The notes: generated from the letters alone by a model not told the origin. Shown: positions 45,466 through 55,109, counted from the stretch's first letter. The stretch is DNA of 64,000 nt from Bacteroidia bacterium (GCA_030427905.1 JAUICL010000004.1:151722-215721); one strand, 5' to 3'. Program-made: numbers and translations.

Positions 45466-45995
45466 AGTCACATCGAGTGGCTCTGCCCGACCAGCGGAAA
45501 GGGTAGAGCTGTATCGAGATGCGACGGCAACCAATGAACACATCTCATATCTCGAAACATATATTCTCAACTATCACTTTTCCCCAGTCAAAACTTCTTT
45601 TTTGCCAAATCCACCAGTTTCCCAAATTCCCCATCTACTAGAGCTTGCTTTTTTGCATGGCTCCACTTTTTGATTCTTTTTTCCATTGCAATAGCTGCTT
45701 CGGGCGATGTAAAGCCTTCCGAATAAACGAGCTGCACAGGCCTCCGGCTGAATGTGTAAGAGTTAGGGTCTTTTCCTGATTGGTGTTCTCCAAACCGATG
45801 CTCGAGATCATTCGTAACACCGGTATAAAAAGTCTCATCAGTACAAAGTAAGATGTACAAATACATTCGTGAGCCTGCTTCTTTCATGTTTTAAAAATAA
45901 AGGAATTGAGGTCACTTGCCGTCGTTCTCGATACACCCCGAAGGCTTTCGGGGTACCCTAACGTTCTCAGTCAGGGCATGTGCTCGAACTGACTT
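45466..45995 (+). mobile_element. full-length element: A arm, GIY-YIG gene (antisense), B arm
   Basis: A arm at 45466-45530, ORF at 45588-45887, B arm at 45919-45995. The architecture matches 55711-56265. Confidence 0.55.
45588..45887 (-). CDS. small stand-alone GIY-YIG nuclease-family protein (YhbQ/COG2827-like)
   Basis: YLYILLC...FYTGVTNDLEHRFGEH...YSEGF...E: GIY and YIG blocks with the conserved Arg and Glu. 87 of 99 residues are identical to 55859..56158. Confidence 0.85.
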   Translation of the reverse strand: MKEAGSRMYLYILLCTDETFYTGVTNDLEHRFGEHQSGKDPNSYTFSRRPVQLVYSEGFTSPEAAIAMEKRIKKWSHAKKQALVDGEFGKLVDLAKKKF

Positions 45996-46010
45996 AAAAC
46001 AGTAAAATGT

Positions 46011-46186
46011 AGTCACATCGAGTGGCTCTAGCCGACCAGCGGAAAGGGTAGAGATGTATCGAGTTTTAGATCCCGACCGTTAGCGTCGGGGATGGACGAC
46101 AAGTCTTTTAGAATTGTTCATTATCGAAAAACATTCCCGTCGTTCTCGATACACCCCGAAGGTATTCGGGGTACTCGAACTGACTT
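46011..46186 (+). repeat. gene-less element copy (long A arm with an extra CCCGAC...GTCGGG hairpin, 33-bp spacer, short B arm)
   Basis: All boxes are present and it ends CTCGAACTGACTT at 46186. Confidence 0.7.
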
Positions 46187-46307
46187 CTTTACCGTCGTGA
46201 TTCACAATTTCTCGAATCACGAGCCAACCCAAAAAGCTATAATTTCTAAATTCCCGTATTCCATATACCTGAGTTTTTAACTTTGTTGGCTGTTTAATAT
46301 CTAGACT

Positions 46308-47054
46308 ATGAAATTACTGGAAGGAAAAGTAGCCATCATAACAGGTGCATCGCGAGGAATCGGGAAAGCCATCGCTCAATCATTCGTTAATCAGGGAGCC
46401 ATTGTATGCTTCACATACCGCAGCTCTGACGAGAAAGCCAGGGAGTTTGAAGCGGAGCTTACCGCTCAAGGTGGAGTAGCGCAAGGATTCAAATCTGACG
46501 CGGGCGATTTCGACGCCGCTCAAAAATTAGTTGATGAGGTGATCGAAGCCCACGGATCTATCGACGTATTGGTTAATAACGCCGGTATCACACGCGACAA
46601 TTTGCTGATGCGAATGAACGAAGAGCAGTGGGATGAAATCATGGCTGTTAACCTCAAGTCTGTTTTCAACCTGACCAAAGCCGTTTTGCGCCCTATGCTA
46701 AAGGCGCGTGGTGGGTCTATCATCAATATGAGTTCTGTAGTAGGGGTGAAGGGTAATGCCGGTCAGGCCAACTACGCCGCTTCAAAAGCAGGAATTCTAG
46801 GGTTTACCAAGTCGGTTGCCTTGGAGCTCGGTTCGCGAAACATTCGTTGCAACGCCATCGCTCCCGGATTTATCGAAACGGAAATGACCGATGCCCTCGA
46901 TGAGAAGACAGTTCAGGAATGGAGAGATGCCATCCCGCTCAAGCGCGGTGGTACACCAGAAGACGTGGCAAACTTGACGCTCTTCCTAGCTTCTGATATG
47001 AGTAATTACATCACCGGCCAAACCATCAATGTGGATGGTGGAATGCTAACCTAA
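46308..47054 (+). CDS. fabG: 3-oxoacyl-[acyl-carrier-protein] reductase
   Basis: TGASRGIGKA, NNAG, and the YAASKAG catalytic YxxxK. The length is typical. Confidence 0.9.
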   Translation: MKLLEGKVAIITGASRGIGKAIAQSFVNQGAIVCFTYRSSDEKAREFEAELTAQGGVAQGFKSDAGDFDAAQKLVDEVIEAHGSIDVLVNNAGITRDNLLMRMNEEQWDEIMAVNLKSVFNLTKAVLRPMLKARGGSIINMSSVVGVKGNAGQANYAASKAGILGFTKSVALELGSRNIRCNAIAPGFIETEMTDALDEKTVQEWRDAIPLKRGGTPEDVANLTLFLASDMSNYITGQTINVDGGMLT

Positions 47055-47055
47055 T

Positions 47056-49140
47056 TTGGAGAATTTAGCGATCGGATATCCGCTGTGGGCCATATTGCTA
47101 TGCCCCACGATTGGATTGGTTTACGCCTTGATTCTCTACTATCAGAATCGGCGAAACCAGTCTTTTGGCCAGACCCTGGTCTGGGCTTTGGGTATCGGTA
47201 GGTTTCTGCTCGTGACTGGGCTTTGCTTTTTGCTGCTCGAGCCTTTTCTCACTTACCTCGATATCGAAATCGAACCGCCCATCGTGGTGGTGGCCGTGGA
47301 TGAATCGCAGTCGATGGTACTGGGACCCGATTCGGCTCAGGTCAAGGCCGATGTCCGCGAATCGCTTGCTCTTTTGAATCGGGAATTGGGAGCTGAATTC
47401 GAACTGGCCGTATATGGTTTTGGGCAGGAAGTCCGCAATCAGATCGATTCGAGCTATGCCGATCCCGTGACCGATTTTTCCGATCTCTTTTCATCGCTCT
47501 CTGGACGTTACGCCAACCGAAATTTAGGAGCTGTGGTGGTGATCTCTGATGGAATCTACAACCGTGGCCGAAACCCGCGGTATGCCGTGGATCAACTGGC
47601 CACGCCGGTTTACACCATTGGAACGGGCGACACCATCCCACGCCGCGATTTAAAGATCGCCGAAGTAGCGGCCAACCGAATCGCCTTTTTGGGCAATCAG
47701 TTCCCAATAGAAGCCACAATCAGAGCCAGAAAATGCGAAGGTGAAAACGCCAACTACAGACTGGTGGGCCCAAGTGGAACCATTGAAGAAGGTGTGCTGC
47801 CGATCAACTCCGATGAGTTTGAAGCGACCGTTCGCTTTCTTGTGAATGCTTCAGAAATTGGCCTGCAGGCTTATCGGGTGGAAGTGAGCGGAGTGAGCAA
47901 TGAGATCACCAACTCAAACAATGCCCAGACGGTGTTTGTGGATGTGATCGACAGCCGACAAAAAATAGCCATCGTGGCTAAGGCGCCACACCCCGATTTG
48001 GCGGCTATCCGCAATGCGATTGCCACGAATGAAAACTACGAAGTCGAGATCATTTTTGAGTCCGACTTGAAGAAGGGAACCGAGAGTCCCGATCTCTGGA
48101 TTCTTCACCAGGTTCCTAATCGAAATACATCCCAAGACTGGATTCAGACCTGGGCTTCAGGCAAAACACCGATCTGGCTCTTCGGCGGAATCGATTCGGA
48201 TATTACCAACTGGGCCAGGCTGGGAGCAGGGGTGCGTCTTTCTGGTGGAAATGGAAGTTGGAATGACGTGGGCGGTTTGCTTTTGTCGGGATTCAATGCT
48301 TTTAAAGTCGATACCGAGATCAAATCCTTGCTGGCCGATGCCCCACCTGTGAAAGTGCCTTTTGGAAAGTGGATGACTTCTGGGGGAACACAGGTATTGC
48401 TGGATCAAAAAGTCGGTCAGATTGAAACGGGAGACCCGCTTCTGACTTTCTCAGAAAACACAAACCACAAGACGGCCGTGTTTATCGGCGAGGGAATTTG
48501 GAGATGGCGTCTGTTCAACTTTGCCATGAGCGAAAATCATCAGATCTTCGACGGAATGGTTTCGGGCATTGTTCAGTACCTATCGCTTAAGGAAGACAAA
48601 AGGCTGTTTCGCGTTTTTGGTCCATCTGAACTGATGGAAAACGAGCACGTGGTCTTCAACGCTGAGCTATACAACGACGCCTACCAACCCATAAACGACG
48701 AAGAAGTGGAACTTCGCATTGTCGATGCCGACGGTGTGGAATACCCTTTTAATTTCTCTCGAACGGGATCGGCCTACCGACTAGATGCGGGTGTTTTGCC
48801 GGTTGGTTCCTACACCTACCAGGGAAAGGTGGTGAAGAATGGGGAAGTCTTAACCGATGGTGGAAAGTTTGCCATTCTCCCATTCGCGCTTGAAGGCGGA
48901 AATCTGACAGCCAATCACCGTTTGCTTTTCCAAGTGTCAGAGCGGAGTGGGGGAACCTTTTATACCAGCGCTGGCACAAGCGACCTGATCGCCAATCTTA
49001 AAGCCGAATCGAAACTTGCACCGCGTAGCTTTAGCACCGAGCGCCGTAGCTCCGTACTCGATTTTAAATGGATTTTCTTCGTTCTACTCGGTATCATGAC
49101 CTTGGAGTGGATCGCCCGAAAATGGGCTGGTGGGTATTGA
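47056..49140 (+). CDS. conserved membrane-anchored hypothetical protein (possibly vWA-like N-terminal region)
   Basis: A 694-aa ORF with a TTG start, N-terminal TM helices, VVVAVDESQSM, and a C-terminal TM segment. Confidence 0.55.
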   Translation: MENLAIGYPLWAILLCPTIGLVYALILYYQNRRNQSFGQTLVWALGIGRFLLVTGLCFLLLEPFLTYLDIEIEPPIVVVAVDESQSMVLGPDSAQVKADVRESLALLNRELGAEFELAVYGFGQEVRNQIDSSYADPVTDFSDLFSSLSGRYANRNLGAVVVISDGIYNRGRNPRYAVDQLATPVYTIGTGDTIPRRDLKIAEVAANRIAFLGNQFPIEATIRARKCEGENANYRLVGPSGTIEEGVLPINSDEFEATVRFLVNASEIGLQAYRVEVSGVSNEITNSNNAQTVFVDVIDSRQKIAIVAKAPHPDLAAIRNAIATNENYEVEIIFESDLKKGTESPDLWILHQVPNRNTSQDWIQTWASGKTPIWLFGGIDSDITNWARLGAGVRLSGGNGSWNDVGGLLLSGFNAFKVDTEIKSLLADAPPVKVPFGKWMTSGGTQVLLDQKVGQIETGDPLLTFSENTNHKTAVFIGEGIWRWRLFNFAMSENHQIFDGMVSGIVQYLSLKEDKRLFRVFGPSELMENEHVVFNAELYNDAYQPINDEEVELRIVDADGVEYPFNFSRTGSAYRLDAGVLPVGSYTYQGKVVKNGEVLTDGGKFAILPFALEGGNLTANHRLLFQVSERSGGTFYTSAGTSDLIANLKAESKLAPRSFSTERRSSVLDFKWIFFVLLGIMTLEWIARKWAGGY

Positions 49141-49251
49141 TAGATCCATTGGTCTTTTTGTAGAGTTTTCTTAAAGTCCGGGCTGATCAGCACATTAAAA
49201 GGAGATTTGTCCACATTTCTTACTACTTTCAGTAGAAATGAAAGAACTCAG

Positions 49252-50229
49252 ATGAAAGCCCAGAGAAAGTTTTGCGTTCCTTTTTTGGTAGTCGCTTTAC
49301 TCCAAGTCGCAGGTGTTCGAGATATCTACGCCCAGAATTTAGTCCCCAATGGTAGTTTTGAAGAAGGGATAAACTGTCCGACTCAGGCTGGAAATGTTAC
49401 ATTAGAGTGTGCTGAATGGTATGCTAGTGTGCAGAACTCTGCTGGGACTTCGCCAACTCCTGACTGGTTTCATGGTTGTTCTGAAAATGACGGGTACGTT
49501 CCACCGGAAGTTTGGATTGGTTTTCAAGAGCCGGTAGATGGTGATGGGTATGTTGGGTTGTTTGCGTTTTCAACCACGGTTAGCAATGGTAGAGAAATTG
49601 TTGCTGTACAATTGTCATCACCTCTTGAAATAGGTTCAGTATATCAAGTTGAGTTTTCTGTTTCTAATATGGCAGAACCAGAGATAGCCATTGAAACAAA
49701 TCAAATTGGATTTAATTTTTCCACACATCAGTATTACAACTACGATCAATTCCCTATTAATCAGAGCCATTTTTCAGTTGAAGAGATTATTCCATGGTCA
49801 TTGGATTGGTATCACGTCTCTTATCAATTCGAGGCAGACTCGGCATATGAATTTTTACACATTGGAAATTTTTATGATGACCAAAACACGCTAACCAACT
49901 TTTTAAATGATAGTGCAACTAGAGCGTATTATGCTATTGATAATGTCAGTGTCTCACACGTGCTGAACACTTCAGAAAATGGTCGAAGTTCAACCGTTAC
50001 CGTTTATCCAAATCCAGCTCATTCCAGTATTCAAATAAATGCTCAATCTGAATTGAGAGAAGCGATAATTTCGATCTATTCCGCTACAGGGAATAAGGTT
50101 TTTGAAGAATACTACAGGGATTGGGCGCCAGGCGATCAGATTGATGTTTCTGACTTCGAGCAGGGGATGTATTGTCTAAGAATTATTAGTCCACAGGGAG
50201 TTTACTTCGAGTCTTTTATCAAGAACTAA
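49252..50229 (+). CDS. secreted protein with a T9SS C-terminal sorting domain
   Basis: Signal peptide from MKAQRKFCVPFLVVALL. C-terminal VYPNPAHSSIQINA...IYSATGNKV...GMYCLRII. Confidence 0.7.
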   Translation: MKAQRKFCVPFLVVALLQVAGVRDIYAQNLVPNGSFEEGINCPTQAGNVTLECAEWYASVQNSAGTSPTPDWFHGCSENDGYVPPEVWIGFQEPVDGDGYVGLFAFSTTVSNGREIVAVQLSSPLEIGSVYQVEFSVSNMAEPEIAIETNQIGFNFSTHQYYNYDQFPINQSHFSVEEIIPWSLDWYHVSYQFEADSAYEFLHIGNFYDDQNTLTNFLNDSATRAYYAIDNVSVSHVLNTSENGRSSTVTVYPNPAHSSIQINAQSELREAIISIYSATGNKVFEEYYRDWAPGDQIDVSDFEQGMYCLRIISPQGVYFESFIKN

Positions 50230-50292
50230 AACCGCATTCAAACTCAAAAGAATGTCTCTGCTCTACTTGAATTGAGCAGGAACAAGGGCATT

Positions 50293-50330
50293 AAAAAACC
50301 CTGACAGCTCAAGACTGTCAGGGTTTCTTT
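50293..50330. terminator. bidirectional rho-independent terminator between convergent genes
   Basis: AAAAAA-CCCTGACAG-ctcaaga-CTGTCAGGG-TTTCTTTT. Confidence 0.8.
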
Positions 50331-50351
50331 TGGTTTCAATTTCCCTTGAAA

Positions 50352-52631
50352 TTATTTGATCAAGAGTTTCTTTGTCAATGCACCGTGATTTACCGTGTTG
50401 ATCTGAATCAGGTAAAGCCCCGGAGCAAAATCGTTGGTTTCGAGCTTGATCATCGTCTCCCCAATTCCAATGTTTTTCTCAGCTACTTTTCTTCCTTGGA
50501 TATCTACCAAAGTAAGCGAAGTAGATTCTCCCGCCAGATCTCCAATTTCAATGCGAACGGCGTCAGTGGCTGGGTTAGGGTATACGTTGATGTCGTTTAG
50601 AAGTTCGGCGTTTGCGACACTATTTATGATGATGCAGAACTCAACTTCATCCATATCTCCAAACTGACCACCCGTTCCAAGTACAGTCCCAAATTCATCC
50701 GTCAGGGTATAGCTACCGTTTCCTTCACCACAGCAAATACCATCGCCCCAGCTATCTTCGATCACGAAAGTGTAGCATCCTTCACCAAAACAGATTTCTT
50801 CTGAAATAGTAGCTCCTGGCTGTGAGTAACCTCCACCAGAAACCAAAATATCATTGCTCTCATCCATGATAAACCAGCTGGTTTCACCAGGGTATTGATC
50901 AAACGTAATTTCAAGGGTAATGTCTTGCGATTCTTCATATGCGATCATGGAACGATCAACCGTATTTCCGTTCGGATCCACGTCTTCACTACCATTCACC
51001 GTTACAACAGAAACCTGAATGGTGTTTTCGCCATAAACCAAGGCGAGCGCACCGAGATCGATATTTGTCGATTCTCCGTTACCCAGATTGAGTCCGTTTA
51101 CTTCGATCGTTTCTGGACTTCCTCCGTTGGTGATCACTTCTAGCTCAACAGATGTTACATTGTTTAACCCTGTATTGATCACTGTTACGAATGGCTCAAT
51201 AGTCTCTAGTTCGCAATAGCGGCTCTCAACATCTCCAATTTGGCTTAAGATTACGTTGTTGTCAACGAGAATAGCACAAGAGTTTGGAACAATCATTTGA
51301 CCCGTTCCAGCCGGATCGAGCCAATGCTCGAGTTGTTCGTCGTTGTTTGACGAAAAGTCCCACGACACACCGAATCTTCCATAGTAATCTTCCTGTCCAT
51401 TATTGACCGTTCCACTGCACGCGGCAAGTCCACCAGCGAGTTGACCAATGATATTACCACTTTGGTTGAAGAGTGGAGATCCCGAAGAACCACCTTCCGT
51501 AACACCCAATTCCCATTGGTTGATAAACCAAACCTGGTTTACAAAGGATCCTTGGTTTGCGTGAAAAGGCGCATCATCTTCAAAGCAGATTTTCTTGTAA
51601 TCTCCACTTGGGTGGTGAATTCCATATGCGTTAGTAACGTTCAGCGCATCGGTGGCATCCCACCCGGAGTAACACACATTGTAGCTCGCTGGGACGTCAT
51701 CGTGCAATTCCAAAAGTGCAAAATCTGATTCGTCATTTGATGCCAATAGGTCGCTTCCAGATACCGTTTGGTTGGTTGGTCCATCTTCAGTCCCTTCACA
51801 ATCTGGCGTTTCGTGGTTGAAAATGAAAATCCAGTTATTCAATGTGTTTTCGCTGAACGGAAGACAGTGATTTGCTGTAAGGAAGTAAGGCAATTGTTCA
51901 GTGGAAGTGGTGTTGATCATGGCTCCGCTACATACCGAATTATTGCCTACAACAATCAGGGCCACGCTTCGCTTTTGGATGTCAAAGGGGATTCCTTCCG
52001 GACAGTTTACATTAATGTTACAAGCACCAGAATTACCGTAAGGGCCTGCTTTTTCTTCAGAAACGATGTTTCCACCCAAAACGCTTCGGTAACCGTGCAC
52101 GATATTGCTGATGTGGATGTATCCTTCACCGGCAACGCCAGCGGGCTCAAGGTATTCGATCACGGCTTCGTCCCCTTTCAGAAGGCCGATAGCCAGAGAG
52201 TTAATTTTGCTTTTGTTTTCATGGGTGAAACTTCCAAGCATCTGTTTGCGGTCGGGTGAGTAGACGAATACTTGTCCGCCAACGGGAATTTCGAAGGCAT
52301 CGAGCACGAAATTGAGCGTAAGCGCTCCTTCCGATTTGATTCCCAATTGCCAAATGCGGTCTCCATTTTCCAATTCTGTCCAAACCCCATTTGTACTTGA
52401 AGATAGATCTACCGATAGGTCAACCCCATAGCGGTAAGGGATGTCTTTGTGCTTGTCTGTCATTTCATCTTCGCGGTGGAGTGGGGCTAAATCTGGTTTT
52501 TCAAGTGTTTCCCAAATCACGTCGGTGGTGATTTCTTGCGTCCATGAAGCGGGCTGCCCACCATGGCTTATTTGGGCTTGCGAAAGCGTTGAAATCAACG
52601 CGAATAAAAGAACGAGTCGAATCGTTTTCAT
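50352..52631 (-). CDS. secreted trypsin-like (S1 family, lysyl-endopeptidase-like) serine protease with a T9SS C-terminal sorting domain
   Basis: His motif LTANHC, Ser motif GGSSGSPLF, signal peptide, and C-terminal VYPNPATDAVRIEI...GLYLIQI. Confidence 0.8.
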   Translation of the reverse strand: MKTIRLVLLFALISTLSQAQISHGGQPASWTQEITTDVIWETLEKPDLAPLHREDEMTDKHKDIPYRYGVDLSVDLSSSTNGVWTELENGDRIWQLGIKSEGALTLNFVLDAFEIPVGGQVFVYSPDRKQMLGSFTHENKSKINSLAIGLLKGDEAVIEYLEPAGVAGEGYIHISNIVHGYRSVLGGNIVSEEKAGPYGNSGACNINVNCPEGIPFDIQKRSVALIVVGNNSVCSGAMINTTSTEQLPYFLTANHCLPFSENTLNNWIFIFNHETPDCEGTEDGPTNQTVSGSDLLASNDESDFALLELHDDVPASYNVCYSGWDATDALNVTNAYGIHHPSGDYKKICFEDDAPFHANQGSFVNQVWFINQWELGVTEGGSSGSPLFNQSGNIIGQLAGGLAACSGTVNNGQEDYYGRFGVSWDFSSNNDEQLEHWLDPAGTGQMIVPNSCAILVDNNVILSQIGDVESRYCELETIEPFVTVINTGLNNVTSVELEVITNGGSPETIEVNGLNLGNGESTNIDLGALALVYGENTIQVSVVTVNGSEDVDPNGNTVDRSMIAYEESQDITLEITFDQYPGETSWFIMDESNDILVSGGGYSQPGATISEEICFGEGCYTFVIEDSWGDGICCGEGNGSYTLTDEFGTVLGTGGQFGDMDEVEFCIIINSVANAELLNDINVYPNPATDAVRIEIGDLAGESTSLTLVDIQGRKVAEKNIGIGETMIKLETNDFAPGLYLIQINTVNHGALTKKLLIK

Positions 52632-52637
52632 AGGCTA

Positions 52638-53072
52638 TTAGTAAGAGTAATCGATGGTTTTATTGGTGTTGGTGACCACGAAAAGCACCTGGCTGGTGCT
52701 CGGGTTTTGAAATGGTGTCACGTCGAAGAAAAGTCGCTTGTCAATCAATGATCTGCATCTATCACCATTGGCATTGTGCTCTAGGTGTATTTCTAATTCT
52801 ACGGGGTAGGTTGGCGTGAACTTTCCATTGGAAACGAGATTGAACTCGTGCTCTTCACATCCACCCGAATACGATACATCTATCTGGAGAAAATCCCCAA
52901 CAGTTTCCACGTGTTTTATGTTGACTGGATCGGTGTATCCGTGCATCGAAGCACTTAAATCGATGATGGCTTTGGGTGCAGATTCGGGAATGTGGGTGTT
53001 GGCAGTATGCATGTTGACGCCACATCCGACAAATAAGCCGGCCAGAATGATGATGGTGAGCAGGTTTTTCAC
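52638..53072 (-). CDS. hypothetical lipoprotein
   Basis: Lipobox-like LFVGCG. The 144-aa ORF abuts the protease gene. Confidence 0.5.
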   Translation of the reverse strand: MKNLLTIIILAGLFVGCGVNMHTANTHIPESAPKAIIDLSASMHGYTDPVNIKHVETVGDFLQIDVSYSGGCEEHEFNLVSNGKFTPTYPVELEIHLEHNANGDRCRSLIDKRLFFDVTPFQNPSTSQVLFVVTNTNKTIDYSY

Positions 53073-53160
53073 TTCGACAAATTAAACCCGAATGAACGGA
53101 AGAATAGCATAAAGATGAAGGGTGCCATTGGAATCTTAAGAAGATGAACCTGTTGAAACA

Positions 53161-53189
53161 AAAAATCCCCCCGGTTTAGCGGGGGGATT
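53161..53189 (-). terminator. rho-independent terminator of dnaA
   Basis: ATCCCCCCG-gtttag-CGGGGGGAT stem, with a T-run on the minus strand (AAAAA at 53161-53165 on plus). Confidence 0.75.
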
Positions 53190-53192
53190 GGA

Positions 53193-54623
53193 TTATTGAA
53201 TGCTTAGCTTTTTCTCCAGGTCTTCCAGATACTTCCGGAATTGCTTATCGGTTTCCTGCAGGTTGTTTACCGTTCGGCAGGCGTGCAGCACCGTAGCGTG
53301 GTCTTTCCCACCGCAGTGCATCCCGATATTCGCCAGACTGCTTTTGGTCATCTTCTTGGCAAAGTACATAGCGATCTGACGGGCCTGTACCACTTCTCTC
53401 TTTCTGGTTTTAGATTTGAGAAGCTCAATAGGCAAGTCGAAATAATCGCACACCACTTTTTGAATGTAGTCGATAGACACTTCGCGGGCCGTATTCTTCA
53501 CAAACTTGTCGATCATCTGTTTTGCGAGTTCCAGATTCACGGCCTTCTTGTTTAGTGAAGAGTGGGCAATTAGAGAAATCAAGGCTCCTTCGAGTTCGCG
53601 AATGTTTGTCGTAACGCTGTAGGCAAGGTACTCTACCACATCTTTGGGTAGGTCTATACCATCGGCGTACATTTTCTTTTCCAAAATGGCGATTCGCGTC
53701 TCGAGACTTGGTGTTTGCAAATCGGCTGACAATCCCCACTTGAAGCGCGAAAGAAGGCGTTGCTCCATTCCCTGCATTTCTACAGGTGCTTTATCACTTG
53801 TTAGAACGATCTGTTTGCCGGTTTGGTGCAAATGATTGAAGATGTGGAAGAACATGTCTTGCGTTTTTTCCTTTCCTGCAAGGAATTGCACATCGTCAAT
53901 GATTAGCACATCAATCATTTGATAGAAATGACTGAAGTCGTTGACATTATTGTTTTTAACGGCGTCGATAAACTGGTGAATAAACTTCTCAGATTCGACG
54001 TAAAGCACAGTCTTGTTCGGAAATCTGTTCTTGATTTCAATTCCGATAGCTTGTGCCAAATGCGTTTTTCCCAGTCCAACACCTCCATATATCAAGAGAG
54101 GGTTGAATGCTGTACCACCAGGGTTTTTGGCAACTGCAAATCCAGCCGAACGGGCCAGTCTATTGCAATCTCCTTCTACCAGGTTTTCAAACGAGTAGTT
54201 GGGTTTAAGATTCGAATCCACGTTGATCTTTCTAAGACCAGGGATCACAAAAGGGTTTTTGATCTGCTTGCTCCCGATGTCCATTGGGGCAGATACAGGA
54301 TGATTCTTGACGGCGCGCTTATTGGATGTCGGAATCTTCACGGTATAAGGGCTAGAGCCATTATAGTTGTTTTCCATGATGATGCTGTACTCCAATCTCC
54401 CCTCATCTCCTAACTCCTTCTTGATGATCTTCTTAAGTAAGTGGATGTAGTGTTCTTCCAACCATTCGTAAAAAAACTGAGAAGGTACCTGGATGGTCAA
54501 AACCTGGTTGTCCAATTTGACAGGTTTGATCGGTTCAAACCAAGTTTTGTATCCCTGAAGGCTAACATTGTCTTTTATTAACGAAAGACAGTTATCCCAT
54601 ACTTCCTCATGTTTATTACTCAT
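53193..54623 (-). CDS. dnaA: chromosomal replication initiator protein DnaA
   Basis: Walker A GGVGLGKTHL, the box VII region, and the C-terminal DNA-binding signature RQIAMYFAKKMT...GGKDHATVLHA. Confidence 0.95.
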   Translation of the reverse strand: MSNKHEEVWDNCLSLIKDNVSLQGYKTWFEPIKPVKLDNQVLTIQVPSQFFYEWLEEHYIHLLKKIIKKELGDEGRLEYSIIMENNYNGSSPYTVKIPTSNKRAVKNHPVSAPMDIGSKQIKNPFVIPGLRKINVDSNLKPNYSFENLVEGDCNRLARSAGFAVAKNPGGTAFNPLLIYGGVGLGKTHLAQAIGIEIKNRFPNKTVLYVESEKFIHQFIDAVKNNNVNDFSHFYQMIDVLIIDDVQFLAGKEKTQDMFFHIFNHLHQTGKQIVLTSDKAPVEMQGMEQRLLSRFKWGLSADLQTPSLETRIAILEKKMYADGIDLPKDVVEYLAYSVTTNIRELEGALISLIAHSSLNKKAVNLELAKQMIDKFVKNTAREVSIDYIQKVVCDYFDLPIELLKSKTRKREVVQARQIAMYFAKKMTKSSLANIGMHCGGKDHATVLHACRTVNNLQETDKQFRKYLEDLEKKLSIQ

Positions 54624-55109
54624 TAGTTGATCTGTGTAGTAACGGTTAATAACTATGGTTTCCGATAGCGGCTTCTTGCCTATCTATCACCTTCGAAAAG
54701 CGTGACAAATATTTGAGAAAAAAAGTGAAAAAAAAAGCCGTTTTGCTATTGTCAGAAATAAAAGTTTTACAGGGCGGAGAAAAACTGTCATTCTCGCGAT
54801 AAACCCTGTTCTGGCACGGTTTTAATTTCAGGCTGTAAACCCTATCAGTACTAGGGTTCTAGCGTTTTTCATGACGTCATTTTTTGCATCCTTTTGAGAA
54901 GCAAAAACCAGGAAAACATCCTGATAATGAGTGTTTAAAATGGCATGCTTTATAACAACTCTAGACGGGGTTGATTTAGTGTGTTCGTGAATGAAAAAAA
55001 TTCACTTTCCACTTCATCAACGAAGCGTTGAAGATAGTCCATTTTGGTGGGTAATAAAAGAGGAATCCAAAACTTAATTTTGGTCAGAGAAGGATATATC
55101 TTTGGCTGC

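Noticed and set aside
45588-45887. The GIY-YIG ORFs could be classical intron-encoded homing endonucleases.
   Set aside because: They lie in intergenic DNA with no interrupted host gene and no group I intron core visible. At 99 aa they also lack the DNA-binding extension of I-TevI-like enzymes.
43598-46186. The tandem intergenic repeats could be read as a CRISPR array.
   Set aside because: The repeats are composite and come in two inverted types (A and B arms) of variable length. The supposed spacers are conserved between units rather than unique. No cas genes are present. A mobile-element or REP-like interpretation fits better.
54624-55109. oriC with a DnaA-box cluster upstream of dnaA.
   Set aside because: The region is AT-rich with A-tracts and a GTGAAT-n7-ATTCAC inverted repeat (54987-55005). 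By eye I found no perfect TTATCCACA/TGTGGATAA boxes, only weak matches such as CTTTCCACT. It needs a proper matrix scan and GC-skew analysis before any call.
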